Shown piece by piece: positions 22,568 to 37,256 of a stretch of 64,000 bases of DNA. Where the stretch lies: the NCBI GenBank assembly GCA_964106645.2, contig OZ067043.1. One strand, 5' to 3'. Made by a program: the position numbers and the translations under genes. The DNA is from Podarcis pityusensis (lineage: Eukaryota). The notes under the pieces were generated by a model. The model did not search any database, was not told the origin of the DNA, and saw only the letters and a program-made list of their open reading frames with translations. Position 1 is the first letter of the stretch; each line of letters opens with the position of its first letter.

Positions 22568-25500
22568 TAAGTCAGAGAAATGTGGTGCATGTTGATTATG
22601 TGTGTGCAGTGCAGCTGAGATTGGTAGCAGCCTCATATGGTACTGTGACATGGGGCAAGGGGTCCTAAGTGCAGGCCTCTGAGGAAAATAGAATATAACA
22701 TTATAGACAAATATGGTACTAGAATTTTAATGCCAACCTGATCATCAAGCATAGCCTCCCCACCTTGACCAGTTCTAGAAATCCATAACTGAATACTTTT
22801 TCTATCAGATTCCAACGGCCTAAATGAGTGATATGACATGGGGGAATGGTAATTTCTATGGCTGTTTCACAGTCTGATGGAGTTTTTGCTTCATGGTGGG
22901 AATCTTATCCCATAGAGCTACATACAAAGAATAAAAACTCAGCATGGCTTCCTGTGTGAAACAGTGGCTTGGGAGGCAGGGCTGTGGAGCTCCTCTCCAG
23001 CCTTATGCTCAAATGCAGAATGCAGATGTTCAAAGGCATTCAAAGTGGGAGGAAGGAATCGGAACCATTGTGGCAAGTCCCCATCACCTTGCTGGACCCA
23101 ACTTCCATTCATTAGAGGACAAGTTTCTATACAGGCAACAATTCTTCATTTATGTTTGATGTATTTGCACACAACCAACACGTACAAGCAGTGCTGGGAA
23201 CCCAGAAGATGAACCTGGAAATAAGGAGCTCCCTGGACAGTCCTCCTGGCTCACGAGGAGACTTTCCCCAGAGCCCAAAGAGGACCTCAATGTGAGCTGG
23301 AGGGGCACCAGGGCTTGCTCAGCTGATGCACAGGGAAGCAGCAACAGTGGCTGTGCCACCCCACGTCAGCTATTTGGCGGGGAGGTTGAGCAACTCAGTA
23401 AAGCCCCACTGCCCCTCCAGCTCGCAAGGAAACCCTCTTTGGTGGGTCTAGGGTGAGTCTCCATGCAAGCCACTAGGATTCTCCAAGTTGCTCCCCATTT
23501 TACGTATGCATGCAGGGGCCCAGAATGTAGCTACCACATAAATGGAGAGTTGCTTTTTAGTATGATATGTGCTGGCAAAGGGGGCGGGGGAGGCTCTTCA
23601 TGCATAGGCTATTGTGCAGATGTGTCCTCCAACACATGGAGGTCAGACATAACAAATAGTGAGATCTGATTTCAATCCCTATCCCCATGTTTACTCTTTG
23701 AATGTGCACAGGGATTTCTGAAGGGTTCTTTCACCCCCATATAGCTGTGCCCTTCCCAGTTGCCTGGGTGTCACTGAGCTTAAGATGCATGTGTTTAAAG
23801 ATATTCTCAGAGACATGGATTTCAGTGTGGAGAACCTTGGGGGAAGGGTTCCCCAGAAAGTACCATCTTTTGTAGTGAACATTTATGCTCACAGAATATT
23901 TTATGTTTCCATGCCAACCACAGGGCAGGGAGATGTGCACTTGGACTGTGGTTTACTCGTCTCTTTAGTCAAATAGACTTGAGTCAGGAGATTGGAAATG
24001 GGGAATTTGCAGAGAGAGGGAAGTAGCTGAATGAAGGGGGGTGGTGTATGTGGAGGAAGAAAAGACAAACGCAGGCATGTATCCTTCCTTGCTTTGCTGA
24101 GTTTTATTGCTGAAAGCAGAACACCAGTGCTTTGTGTGACAAGAGGACAACAGAACTGAGTTACAGAGAGTGCAATAGGGACCAGTCTTTGCTCCATCCT
24201 AGGCAAAAAGGAATCAACCCCAGATTCTTGTGGAAAAAGCTTGTCGGTATTGATGGATGGTGTGTGTGGGGGTATCTGTTCAGTGTATCTCCCCGTGCCC
24301 CCTTAAGCATTCAGGCAGCAGTGTGAAAGTAGCCTCCTTCGTCGTGGATTTGCACAGCTGTTGCTAAGTCTTTGCCAGTGCCTAATAAGAAATGCTAGGC
24401 TGGATCAGACCAGTGGTCCATATAGTTGACTTCCTGACACTGTCCCCACCCCCAGATATAATAGACATTTTTACAAAGTAGGAATGAAAATGAGAATCTG
24501 TTCTCTGTTGCTATTCTCCCACCATCTGACGTAGTGGCCATTTATGTTTCTTTCCTTCCCATATTTTATCTAGCCTGATTTGAAAACAATTTGTTCTAGC
24601 TGCATAACAGCATTCTGCAGCGAAGTTTGTTTAACTAAAAAACCATTCGTTTTAATTTCAATGAATAGCCTCAAGGTTTATGAAAATTTCTCCTTGTCAT
24701 TCTTCCTATACCATTCTTGATCTCTATCCAGCCCCTCCTTAGTAATGTTTCCCCCCCAAAGCTAAATAACCCTCAAAACCTTTTTCCACAAGGATTATTG
24801 ACCTGTTGTATTTTCTTGTCCTTTTCTGTACCAGCTGCTGTTCTAGAATGTCCCTTTTTTGTGGGGAGGGCAACCAGAGTGATATGCAGTCACCCCAATT
24901 ACTGCCATATACATAAAACAGATACAATAGGGAAGAGGAGGACAGGGGGCTGTTGCACTGTGTTCATTCTAGAAAAAAGCAGAGGTAGGGAATAGATTGG
25001 TTCTGAAAGTGTTTATGAACTTAAAGCTAACCTAGTTTTCTGGGGCAGGTAATGGCTGCTGCAAACATACCAAAGTGGTGGCAACTTTGTGTGCCAAGCA
25101 ACTTTGTGCATGAAGCAGTTCCCCACCACCACTCCAATGCAATTCTTCTCCTTCACGTTTGTCTTGAGAGAGCAAAAATTGCGAGAATAGGTTGGGAGTT
25201 AGTTTGCACAGTTTGCCAAGTAGACGTGCCTCCATGTGCTTGCATTTAAGCAGCAGACACAGTATTTGTCTGTGGTTATTAACTGGGCCATGGAACTCCA
25301 ATACAGGCTTTTCAGTTTTAGAATAGTGCTTGCATTTAAGGTAAACATGAAATGACCCTTTTTTGTGTGTCAGAATAAATGAATATCCAAAGTCCAATTT
25401 GCTTTGTTTTGGGGCTGTCCAGCTATCAGAAGATGCTCCACAGAGTGTGTTTCTCCAAGATAACATGTTCTGTAAGGCCCTTTGGGCACTTGTCTCTCTC

Positions 25501-25995
25501 CTGCCTTGCTGCTTGTTGAGATGCACATTATCTCCTAGTAGCACACTTCCCCTCCTCCCCCTCCTAATTACTTCCTATGAAATGGAGGATGCAGTAGTAC
25601 CCTCAAGGTGACATACTTCATTGAGTTAGCATACCATCCAGTCAAGTATGGTGGGTGGGGAAGATTCACTGACACACTTGTTCCTCTGCACTGAACTGAG
25701 TTCATACCACTACTCTTTAAAAGCCTGCCTTACTACCAGTCACAGATATGATATACAGTATCAGCAATTAGCGACACGAGCTCCAGAAATAGCTTGCCAC
25801 ATTCCAGAGCTGATGCACGCTCTATCAGCAGAGTTCACATAGCGAAAGATGCACTCAGGAGAGCATATTTCGCTATGCGAAATATCCTAACAGTACCCAC
25901 ATCAAGGGAACCATCAATTAAGTAGTCATAGTAGCTTCAGGGTGGAATCAGACAAACAGGTACCTGATGGGTGGGAGTAAAAGATTGATCTAAAC

Positions 25996-26131
25996 CAGGC
26001 ATAGGCAAACTTGGCCCTCCAGCTGTTTTGGGACTACAACTCCCATCATCCCTGACCACTGGTCCTGTTAGCCAGGGATGATGGGAGTTTTAGTCCCAAA
26101 ACATCTGGAGGGCAAAGTTTGCCTATGTGTG
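25996..26131. mobile_element. hAT-family MITE (136 bp)
   Basis: TIRs CAGGCATAGGCAAACT / AGTTTGCCTATGTGTG, quasi-palindromic body, perfect 8-bp TSD ATCTAAAC (25988-25995, 26132-26139). Confidence 0.9.
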
Positions 26132-28918
26132 ATCTAAACGCTAGACTAGCTCTTGGGGATTCTCCAAGTGAAAGGGTTCACTTTTAACATCTCTCTGTCT
26201 TTTTCAGTGCTTGCTCAAGCTTGCCCCTTTTCTTATCTCCAAGCTGTCTCCCAGCCTAGGACCTTTGAGAGCAGTTTCAGATGAGTGCTAGCAGGTAGCA
26301 CTTTCTCAGGCCCAGCAGCAATGCTGTGTGTGGGTATTGTTGCTCTGGACTTCGACCTCGTGGATTTGGGGAGCTCAATGCTTCAAAAGGTTTCCACATC
26401 TTCTGAAGGGCAAGCAATATGGAGGGGGGTATCTGTTTGGTGCCTTGTTATGACCTGCAGGGCCTGGCAGCTTGCTGGTACATATCATCCTCACCTTTCA
26501 TGTTTGCATACTTCATAAAAGCATATTCATTCACTGCCTCCAAAGCTTTTGCAGTTGGCAGCAGAATCAGCAATATGTGAGTCTCCAGGGCCCTGTGTGT
26601 TCTGGGGAACTGGCCCAGACTGCCTTTTCCATAGGAAACTTCCCTTGCACTCTCCCAGTTTCTGCACTGCTCAATAGAAAGTGCCCTGAAGCCCAGGTAT
26701 ATTAGAGACCTCTCATCCCATTTTGCAGACAGTGGGTCTTGGGAATGTGGCCTGCCTGGTAAAGATATATTCTAAACCAGCTGTTCTTCCTTTGTAGCAC
26801 TTTTATTAAGGGGGTCTCCTTATTTTCCCAGCAACTGAGGGAGTCACTGGGCACTGCCAGCAGTAAATGAATTTCCAGGTTGTAAGCGTGTTCGTGACAT
26901 TAATGAGAAGCGAGTGATGCCAGAAGAAAGACTCTCTTATCTGGTTTAGTGCCATCGTGCATCAGCTTCAGCATAAAATTTACAGAGCTTGAAAATGGGG
27001 CATAAACATTATGAGTAAATTTGGCAGAAAATGTGAGTGACTCTTATCTGGTCATGAATAAATAATTTTCAATTACCAGTTTGGGCTTTGCTATTAAACC
27101 CTAGGATAGAGTACTTGAAAGTTTGTTTTGTGTTTAAACATAAACACTGTAGTCTCCCCAGAGTTGGTCAGGAAAAGGGTGACATTTGCTAAAGAAGCCA
27201 GGTCTGCTGGACACAGCCAGGTCTGCGCTGCCATTTGCTATATTAGCTGTCACTTGGGTGAGGCAGCTTACCAGTAAGCCAGACAACAGACCTTCCTTCT
27301 TGAGCACATACTTCTGTGACCTCAGGAGAACCAGGATCTCAGCGACCTGCAGCTCTTCTACAGACTTCCCCAACTGCCCAGGAAGTTGCTTCTGACCTTA
27401 AGCAGTGATTCTGAAGTAGAAGAAGTTGCACCCCAGCAGTTCTAGGGTGCACTTAAATCTCTTATCTAGGAATGTTTACTAAGCCCACCCATTAAAATAT
27501 CCTCAATTAACAGGCGGAACACCAATGATTTCTAATTAGGGTGTTGTTCCATGTCCTCCATTCCCTAGAAACACACACAGCTAATAATTGAGCTTACCAT
27601 TACTTGACAGGTCCAGATGATCCTCATTCATTCTCCCTTGTAGAGGTTCTGTTGTAGCCAGGCTTTAGTTGGGAAGGAGAAATAGGGAGAGGCAGAATAG
27701 GAAGCAGAGTACAAGGGACAGATGGGTGGAAAGGTGAAGCAGGATGTGGAGAGGAATAGCAGTGGACACACATGGAATTTAGTTTTTAAAATATGGAAGA
27801 TTTGGGCAAAGGAACAAGACATCTTCCCTGCCACCTCCCTCCACCATGGAATAGAGGAGCAAGCCTATACAGAGAGCAATTTACATCCAGGAAAACATGT
27901 TAGTGCTTCCCACTAATGCATCTTAGTCAAATGGGAGTGGGAAAATTCGTCCTTGCTGTGTGGACTGCCCACAGCGCAGTTATAGACAGGAAGTACACTT
28001 CCAGGTCTTGGGCTTTGACAGAGAGAGAAGTAGATGAAAATATGCTTCATAGCTTGATGCATCTCTCATATATTTGGCACCTTCCCAGCAAAGCAGCCCA
28101 ATCCTACTTCAGCAGAGAGCAGCATTTTCAGCTATCCTTTAGAGGGGCTCCTTCTAGCAGGCATACACAGGCATTTCTTCGGGGCCTGGAGAAGCTCAAT
28201 ATAAAACTCCCAAAATGTCCATTCTGTGGCTCCATTTGACTCTTTTCTCTTGCTAGACTTTTTTTTTGTTCAAACTGGCTGTCTCAGTTGCCCTTCAAGA
28301 ATCTACTACTCCATCCCCACTTAGAGGATCTTCTCCCCTCCTGCTGTCTCCTGGAGAGGACATTGCCAGTGACCGTCATGGCAGGAACCCTGGCAGATTC
28401 CCAAGCAGAGGATGATAGACTGTGGCCAGGCTTCCCACATTCACCACTGAGGGGGAGGAAAGATCAGTACATTTGTCTACAGACACCAATCTTCTCAAAA
28501 AGCAGGGAAAGGACAGAAAATTACAGGGGAAGAAATTGCTTTTGAATAGACCATTTCTCTCTGTTACACTCCCCTTGCCCATTAACATTCTTGCTCCTTA
28601 TTCCTACCTTTGAGCACCAAGTATCTTGTCTTTCCTTGTTTCCTACCAGACCATCCAGTATTACTGGCCTTTTGCAGAACGAAGTAGAGAGTCAAACAAA
28701 AATACCCACTTGCTTTGTAACCCTCAGCCAAATGCAGTAAAGATGTTTTGCATTTCTATACTACTCAGAGTGTGTCTATGCCAGCCATTGGCTCCTAGCA
28801 GGGGCAATTTGAGTAAGGCGAGAAAACCAGGCTCTGAGGCATCTTAGGGGCATATATGGAGCCCACTGATAACTTCGCCCCCAAACATTGACCCATTATT
28901 TCCTTTTTCTCATTGCAG

Positions 28919-29038
28919 GTGAAGTGTGACCAGTACTGGCCAGGCCGTGGTACAGAGACCTATGGACTGATCCAGGTGACATTGCTGGACACAGTTGAAC
29001 TTGCCACGTACACAGTTCGGACATTCGCCCTCTACAAG
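28919..29038 (+). CDS. PTPRF: PTPRF D1 exon ([16 protein letters not shown]...RTFALYK)
   Basis: CAG/GTAAAG; 120 nt, phase 0/0; KCxxYWP motif. Confidence 0.97.
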
Positions 29039-30298
29039 GTAAAGGAGGAAGGAAAGTGTGCGTAGCCAAGGTCTTGCAAGAGCGCCCAGGAAGTATCTTT
29101 CCCAGAGAGTTACATGAAAGTGCAAGGAGTTATACTGACTCTTTCACAGATGCTTGAAGTGAGAGAACCCATCATCAAATACAGGCTGAAGTGGAAGAGC
29201 CATCTACACACATTTCACTCCCAGCCCAGTGCCATGTGTTCTCATTGTGCTGGTGAACTAACCTGAAGGTTACAATGGCCTGAGGAATTCCGTCTATGGC
29301 TAATTGAGAGCTATTAGCCATGGCTCTCAAAGCAGCTGATAAAATACAGCAAACAACAAATCACAGTGGGCAGCCAAAAATTCAGCATGAAACAAAAATA
29401 GAACAGAACAGATTGTGAACATATTGTGAAAGGAAGTGTATGGAATGAATGAGGAACCACCAGCCAGGTGCCACGTGCAGCCCTGAAGCCTCCAAATCTA
29501 ACCCACAGCCTCCCCTCTTCAGTGTCTCTCTCACACACACACACACACACCCAGCAGCAATTGGGCTTGAAACAGCCTTTCGTCTGAGCAGACAATAGTC
29601 TGTTTTGAAGCCTTAATGTGGGGGGGGGGGGGGCATGAGTGTGCAGAGTTAGAGAGGAAAGAATTAACCCTCCCTTTCCCATGTATTGAGGCCTCACAGA
29701 AAGCAGCCTTCTATTGGCTCAAATGAGAGGCTGTTTCCAAGAGCAATATTTGTTGAGATTGCAGCTGGGGATGGAAGAATTAACTGTCCCCTCCCAATCT
29801 GCAATCACCATAAAGGTTGCCTCTTTCCCCTCTGGGAATTAGGCTTTCCCCCCAAGCCTAATTACTTGTAGGATGGGAGAAGGTGAGTATTAACTTCTGT
29901 GTGTGCCATGTAGGATGGTAGTATGTATCTGCTGTGTGTATGAACACTTGAGAGTATAGTCCTCTCCAGATGTTCAGAATGTGGCTGTATGTGCAGGGAG
30001 CAGCTACAGTCACAAAAGGCTGCTTACTTCGCACAGTCCTCTTCCACAAGTTGGAAGGCATTAAATTTTACCAATTGAAGAGAGCTTTTGTCATCTATCC
30101 CTCTGTTTTGGCCCACCCACCATAGGGCTGTGGCCATGAGGCAGTGCAGCCCTTGGGCTGAAACAAAGGGTTTCCCATCCCTGGTGTACAGTTATCCTGA
30201 GCCCTGAAGTGTCTGAAGGCATGGGATTTCTAAACCAGAGAAAAAGCCCACTGTCCACTGCACTACCACTAGCTGGCATATTTTGGCTTCTTCCATAG

Positions 30299-30453
30299 AA
30301 TGGGTCCAGTGAAAAGCGGGAGCTGCGGCAGTTCCAGTTTATGGCTTGGCCTGACCATGGGGTGCCGGAGTACCCTACCCCGATCTTAGCCTTCCTGAGA
30401 AGAGTGAAAGCCTGCAACCCCCCTGATGCTGGGCCAGTGGTTGTACATTGCAG
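30299..30453 (+). CDS. PTPRF: PTPRF D1 exon with WPD loop and catalytic His-Cys ([23 protein letters not shown]...PVVVHC)
   Basis: TAG/GTAAGG; 155 nt, phase 0/2. Confidence 0.97.
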
Positions 30454-30734
30454 GTAAGGACTAGCAGTATAAAGGAATGGGAAGGGCCTGCCAGTCGCTG
30501 TATTTTGGCAGGGGTGCACCTGTTGGGATTTACAGTCAGCCTGGCGCTGCCGCCGCAAGAGCAATGAAATCAGTATTATAGCCCTCTGCTAGCATAAGCA
30601 GCACTTTGCAGTCAGTGCCCATCATCGCAACACTTAATTCACCATTTTTACCCGAGAAGCAACAACAATATTTTAAAAAAACAGTATGAGAGCAACATTT
30701 CAGAGGAGAATTCTGCATATTTATTATATATTTA

Positions 30735-30826
30735 TTTTATTGCATTTCTATCCTACCTTTTCCTCCAAGGAGCTCAAGGTGGGGTACATGGTTTTTCCTC
30801 TCTCCATTTTATCCTCGCAACAACCA
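30735..30826 (-). mobile_element. MIR/CORE-like squamate SINE 3' fragment
   Basis: CCATTTTATCCTCGCAACAACC CORE-like motif with an AT-rich tail; family assigned by eye. Confidence 0.45.
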
Positions 30827-31902
30827 GTGGCAATAATATTGGTGACAGAAACCCACAAATCCATCTCACATAAAATGCAAGCATACTTTAGCATCCATAA
30901 AATGTGCAATTATTACTCTGTTATTGACTTGCTTCTATTTCCCCCCTGCACCTGAAGGCTTAGGCTAGCTACAACATATTAAAATGAACCTTCAAGGTAG
31001 AATATCTAACTGAACCACACAGCAAGATGAAATATCCCAGCACCATGCATACACAATTCAGGAAACTGTTATGCCTAATCTAAACTTACTGCTCAAACAT
31101 TCATATGCTGCTACAAGTATGTGCATTCACAACACGAAAACATATGGGACACCATTCTGCACAAACATACATATGCCATCTATTTACAGAGCATGACACA
31201 CCATCTGCATGTGCACTCATATAATCTCTTGCTGCACTTCAGGATGGAAAGAAATGACTGCTTCAGCCACAAACATTAGTTCACTAGGAATCAGCATCTT
31301 ATCTGGCCAGTGATTTATCTCTTGTAGCTGAGTGGGAACTATTACTGAACAAACCACTTCATCACTGCAGCTCTCACGAACTCCTTAGAAACGGTATTTA
31401 ATGCTCTCCCTTCATGCTCTGGTTCAGATGGGAGTGGTGTATAATTAACACACGCTCTCTCCCTATTAAAACCCTGTTAGGAATTTGACATGAGCAGCGG
31501 CAAGGAGATGTCCTGCTGTAGAATTCTTAGCTGTCAGACATCACATTTGTTGTTTGTTGGCATGTTTTTGGTTGTGCTGGTTTGTGCACTGGGAGCAGGA
31601 CCAAGTTATACACTTCAAAAAGCCTCCACCAAGGAAGATTTGGGTTTGCTGGTTTTGTAAGAAGCAACATTACTCAGAAAGTGTGCACAGGGTGGGGGCA
31701 GAGAGACCATAGTGCAGAATCCTCATTCCTTTGCTCTATTCAGGTGCGTTAACCTGCCTCTCTGAGGGTTCTTCGGAGAAAGTGTGAACTTGAGGGTTAT
31801 CAGTCCCTGCAGTATGCGGTGGGTTGGGACAGGGCTTGGTGAAGGCTTAGAACTGACTCTGAAGGAAGTACTACTTCATGTTTTTGTGCCATGCTTTTAC
31901 AG

Positions 31903-32188
31903 CGCCGGTGTGGGCAGGACAGGCTGCTTCATTGTAATCGATGCCATGCTTGAGAGGATGAAGCATGAGAAGACAGTGGACATCTATGGGCATGTGACAT
32001 GCATGCGCTCACAAAGAAACTATATGGTGCAGACTGAGGATCAGTATATCTTCATCCACGAGGCCTTGCTTGAAGCAGCCACCTGTGGAAACACTGAGGT
32101 GCCTGCACGCAACCTCTTTGCTCACATCCAGAAGCTGAGTCAGGTACCTCCGGGTGAGAGTGTCACAGCAATGGAACTGGAGTTTAAG
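31903..32188 (+). CDS. PTPRF: PTPRF D1 C-terminal and linker exon ([10 protein letters not shown]...MVQTEDQY...MELEFK)
   Basis: CAG/GTGAGC; 286 nt, phase 2/0; completes HCSAGVGR and the Q-loop. Confidence 0.97.
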
Positions 32189-34208
32189 GTGAGCAGAAGA
32201 GCATTTGCAATTTTTCCACATGTCAACACACAGAGTGATCAAGGGGCTGCTCAGCTGGAACTGGCACCCCTGCCTGTCATCCCCCACAGATCTGTGAGCA
32301 ACTATGAAGAGTTGATTCTTGGGTTGAAGGGAGATTTTCTAGGGATAATGATTCTTTTGTAAATTTCTAAACCAGGTAGGAAGTGATTAAAATATATTTG
32401 CATTGCAGAGTGAGTGTCCTCGACATTTCCCTCCTAGAACGGCAGCTTCTGGCAAGGATATAAAAAAGCAGATTGATATGAAGTTCTCAGCAACATTGCT
32501 TTGCAGAGTGGCTGGAGCTGCATCCAAAATCAGATGCAGATTGGGCATTAGTGGTAATTGATGTCACTATGAACAACTTCGCTGGAAATGCTTCTAGTTT
32601 AAATACTTGAGATGTCAACAGCTCCAGTGCCCCCTGCCTTGCTCCACTTCTACTTCTCCCTAGTATGGAGGAGGAGAGAGGGAGGGCCACTGTCGGGCTT
32701 AGCTGGCATATTGCCTGGTGCAATTTAAGGAAGTAAAGTCCCCTGGTTGTCACAATTGTCATTGCTTGCCAGCACCAACACCCACACTTGTGTCGGCTTC
32801 ACACCAATTTTTTCTTACAGCCTTGATACAGGCTGCAATTTTTGCTAATGCCCACATTCTCCAATGATGTGCATTTGTACAGCAAAGGCTGGGCGGGGGG
32901 GGGGGGGGGAATAGTTCCTGTGGGGAAGCAGTGAAGCATGTAGAGTGTGAAACAGACTGCGGAAGCCCCACTCTACCCTGGGAATAGCCTCTTGCAAAAC
33001 AGCAGCCATGGAGTCAAAATATTGACTTGCTGTGGAAACGGCACAAAGCAAAACAGCATTGCCTCTTTACTCTGAATACTGCTCACACTGGAGGTTTTTT
33101 TGGGGTGGGGATTGGACAAGGCTCTCACCTCCACCTGCACCTATTCCCAATCCCCAATACTTCCCCAAAGGAGAAGTGAACAAGTGGGGGGTGCCATGCT
33201 GCTGCTCCTGGATTCTGACATCACTGCTCAATGAACGTGAGAGAGGTAATGGCAGCAAGCAAGAGCAGCTGCTGTCACTACTTGCTAGATGGCTTGCTTT
33301 GCCCACCACTGGCTTGCTGTCCTCTGCGGGTGAGTGAGCAGAGTGGTAACAGCCTCGCAATGAGAAGAGGAGGAGTTACTGCCGCTTGCTTACTCACTCC
33401 AGAAGAGCCAAGGGGCAAGCAGGTGGCAGTGGATGCTGCTCTTCCTTGCGGCCGCCACCACTCCCAAGAGAGATGATAGAGGAGACTGGTTGAATTGATA
33501 CTGGTGAGGAGAGTGAGCAGCTGTCACTCAGTAGTAGTGGGAACTAGGCCTAGCCTGCTCCCAGTGCCAACCAAAGGGAAAGGCAGACATGGAAGCAGGT
33601 GGCAGCGTCTGCTTCTTACTGCTGATGCTTATTGCCTGGAAAGTGGAGGCAAGTAGGCAGTGATAATGAGGAGGAACAACAGGCCTCTGGCAGTCAGTAG
33701 TAGACCTCAACAGATGTCAGCAGCTCAGATTGCAGCCCTGTTTCTGAAAGCAACTTGGTTGTATGTGCCATGCCATACATCAGAGCAGGAGCCACAGAGT
33801 GAAAGAAGTGGATGGGTAGAGCTGCAGTAAGAATTAAGGGGGAAAGGAGTGGAAAGTGAGTTACATGGAGCAAAACAGATTTCTAAGTCCTCATACAATT
33901 AGAAAGAAACTGGGCAGCACATCCATAAAGGGTCCCCTAACTCTTTCTGGTAGAGAATGTAAAAAATGGTCCTTTTCCTGCCAAGCAAGGAAGCTGTCCT
34001 GCAAGGAGATGAAGCTACTAGGCTAAACAAGGGCTTATCTCCTGGAGCTGTGGAATTAGCACTGAGCAGCTGGGAATGGGTGGCATTTATAGAGGACCTG
34101 TTGGCAGCAACTCTTCCTAGAGCTGCTTAGAAGTATACATGGGGCTTGCTTTCTCCTTCTGAGTAGGTCTAATGAATGGGAGGCACTGCTGGGCTCAACC
34201 TGAGTTTC

Positions 34209-34210
<2 letters not shown>

Positions 34211-34289
<79 letters not shown>
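34211..34289. repeat. Compound (CT)n(CA)n microsatellite
   Basis: Read directly. Confidence 0.95.
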
Positions 34290-34292
<3 letters not shown>

Positions 34293-34726
34293 CAAGGTCC
34301 TGGAGGAGGGGGTGTCCCAATATTAAAGTCCCCTTGAGCTGGATGTTTTCTAAGAAGCAGCCTCTGAAGATAGGGAGCTGTGGAGTTTAACCCAGTTGAG
34401 TCCCAGAGTCCCACTCCCTTTCTTCTTCAGAGGTTTGGGTCCTGATGAGTGCTAACAAACGTCTTAAAATACCAATCTCACAAATTTTGGTATTCTGTGC
34501 AATGTCCTGTGCTGAGGCTCCCTCTAAGCATAGGATATTTCAGTCATGGGCCAGAAGTCACCAGCATGAGACAGAAGGTAAGGGTTGCTCAGAAGAGCAA
34601 GGTACAGGCTTCTAAGCAGGTCAGGAATGATGTTAGAATGAGTGTTAGTAAGGTGCTAATGAGTAAAAGCAAATAACGAGCTCCCAGGGGAAGAATACTA
34701 TAGAGTGACCATAAGTGCCCATCTAA

Positions 34727-34742
34727 GACAGACAGACAGACA

Positions 34743-34789
<47 letters not shown>
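34727..34789. repeat. (GACA)n(CA)n microsatellite
   Basis: Read directly. Confidence 0.95.
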
Positions 34790-34791
<2 letters not shown>

Positions 34792-35227
34792 CTATGTTTT
34801 TAGGTGTACAAGTAAGATGTTTTAAAATGTGCATCTAAAATCTATAGTGTGAACTTGAAGAACAGGGTACGCTCATCATGGAGTTGTGACTGGTTATAGA
34901 TCCCTGCTGAGCTTGTCTCTGCATCATGGGCAAAATGACCCTGCTTTGGCTGAAAAGGCATCCTCCCAGGGTCTTGCCTCCTCAGGACCTTTGCCAGGGT
35001 AGGCAGGAATTTTCTTCCTTTTCAAGGCTGCTGGAATGCCCCCTATATTTCAGCTGGACAGAGGGGCTGATTTAGGCCAGCTCCGTGCATCTTTTGTTAC
35101 CTCCGTCATTATTCTATGTGGCAGAGTGAATAAATGTGCGTACATCATATGGGAGCTGCTCCTCCCAGAGTAGTTACAACTTCTGTGTGCCCCTGTCCCC
35201 CTCTAATCTGTACTTCTCCCCTAACAG

Positions 35228-35406
35228 CTCCTCGCCAACTCTAAAGCACATACCTCACGATTCATCAGTGCCAACCTCCCCTGCAACAAATTCAAAAACC
35301 GCCTGGTGAATATTATGCCCTATGAGCTGACACGGGTTTGCCTGCAGCCAATCCGAGGCGTCGAGGGCTCAGATTACATCAATGCCAGCTTTGTAGATGG
35401 CTATAG
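35228..35406 (+). CDS. PTPRF: PTPRF D2 exon ([32 protein letters not shown]...[12 protein letters not shown])
   Basis: CAG/GTAATG; 179 nt, phase 0/2; KNRL replaces KNRY, a D2 hallmark. Confidence 0.97.
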
Positions 35407-37256
35407 GTAATGTAGTCAATCTAAACAGAGTTTAAAATCTCCTCCTGTGATGTTGCTGTGCTGCTGCTTCTCTGTGTTCTTTTTTTTTTTTTACTTTTCT
35501 TTTTTTCAAAAAAAATGATGCTATTATACGGTATCAGTAGAAATCATAACATTAACCACATCCTAAATATTTCAACATTTCATTAATACATTAAAATAAT
35601 TTTAAACTGAAGCTTACATCCTTAAATAGGCATCTTAGAATTATCATCTGAAATCTAATAAATTGCTAAAATAGTTATGTTCAATATTTAGTTATAAATA
35701 TATTTATAGTATATAAATTACTTTTAAATTTGAATGTAAGCTGGACAGCTCTGTCTTTCAATAAGAGCACAGACAGTAGCCTTTCATTAGCAAACATGGG
35801 GCTTTTTTCAAGCTGCCTATTCCCCAGAGCCTGGGATCCTGATAGAAGTTACCTTTTCCCTCTCAGGCTTTATTAGCCTGGGGGTGACAGGTACTGGCTC
35901 CTGCATCCTCAGCTTTTCATTAGCCAAGATACTGCTGGGAACCAACTGTACAGTTCACCTCCCACAATGGGATTGTCTTGCAAAGTCGTTCACAGTGCTG
36001 CAATAACAGCAACTGAAATGCATCCTGTCACTTGAAAGCAAAGAAACAGTGGGAAGAGCAAATCTGCCTTCAAAATGGACTTGGGGATCCTTGAGGAGGG
36101 CTGCACCTTCTGCATAGGGGCAAAGGAAGCATTGTCCTATAACTTACTCCCTGCCCCCATCTCTGAGACACCCCATGAGGCTACAAAAACAGCTGTGAAT
36201 TGGTAGTGCAAAAGATATCTTAGGAGAGCATTTGAGTGGCAGAGGTCCAGCAACATGGGGAGGCTTTTCAGTGCAAAACAGGAGCCTGATGCCAGGCCTC
36301 TAGGCTGCTGTGCTGGAAACAGAAGAGCAGATGAGGTCCTGGCCACTTATCTGCTTCAGATTTCAAGTGCCCAGAGTGTGTTAGAGCCGCCACCTCCATG
36401 TGTCTGGTGCTGCAAGAGAGCTGCTAAGGTTGGGAGGGGGGCGCTGGCAAAAATGTGTGCCAAAGCAGCAGGTGGTAGCATTTCATGTCCTACCTAAACC
36501 GTCCCTGCAGGCCCCTGTTTATCTCTTCCCGTCCTTCCCTTTGAAGTGAGCAATCGTTCTCCACTTTATCTAAAGAGATCAATTGGCCCAAGGAGCTACA
36601 GACTGCTCTGAAGCTGCATCTTTATTAGCGCCTTTGTTTCTGCCACCTCACCTCCCCCCGCCCCACTCCTGCCTTTTATGATGTCTTATAAATCCACCTT
36701 GGAACAGCTTCCATCTCTGTCCCACACATTACAGCTGTCCTACAACAGATTCATTAATTTTTAGCACCAGTGGAGAGATTAAATGAGAGTGGATAAGGCT
36801 GAGAGCCTAAGACTACATTCAAGGATCTGTAGTGCCCCATAGTGGTAGAATACAGATGGCACAGATTCTCTTTTCAATTTTCTGACTTATTTTCCTACAT
36901 ATCACTGGGGAAACAGGATTCACTGTCTTCACTGGTAGCATATGTCGGGGTCTGTGTATGTATTTGCTAACTACTGTCTAATTTCTGTGAAGTCAGCAAT
37001 GTAGCTAGAGTTTTGCAGTGACAGAAATTCCACCCTTTGGGGTCATGTACAACACGCATACTGTGTTTCCTGCACACCTCAAAGGAACTCACACAATTTT
37101 ACAAAAAGCTTATTGTAGAGTTGTAGCACTACTCTGGTATTATATTTCACCCCACATGTGCATTTTAGAAGATCCAACTGGTGTAATAACATTAGTTACT
37201 CCAACTTATATAATATGCCTCTTCTCACATTGAGTAACTTTGGCTAATTTCTTAGT

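Noticed and set aside
31784-32362. 192-aa ORF as a stand-alone phosphatase gene
   Set aside because: Only 31903-32188 is PTPRF exon; the flanks are intron read in frame across canonical splice sites.
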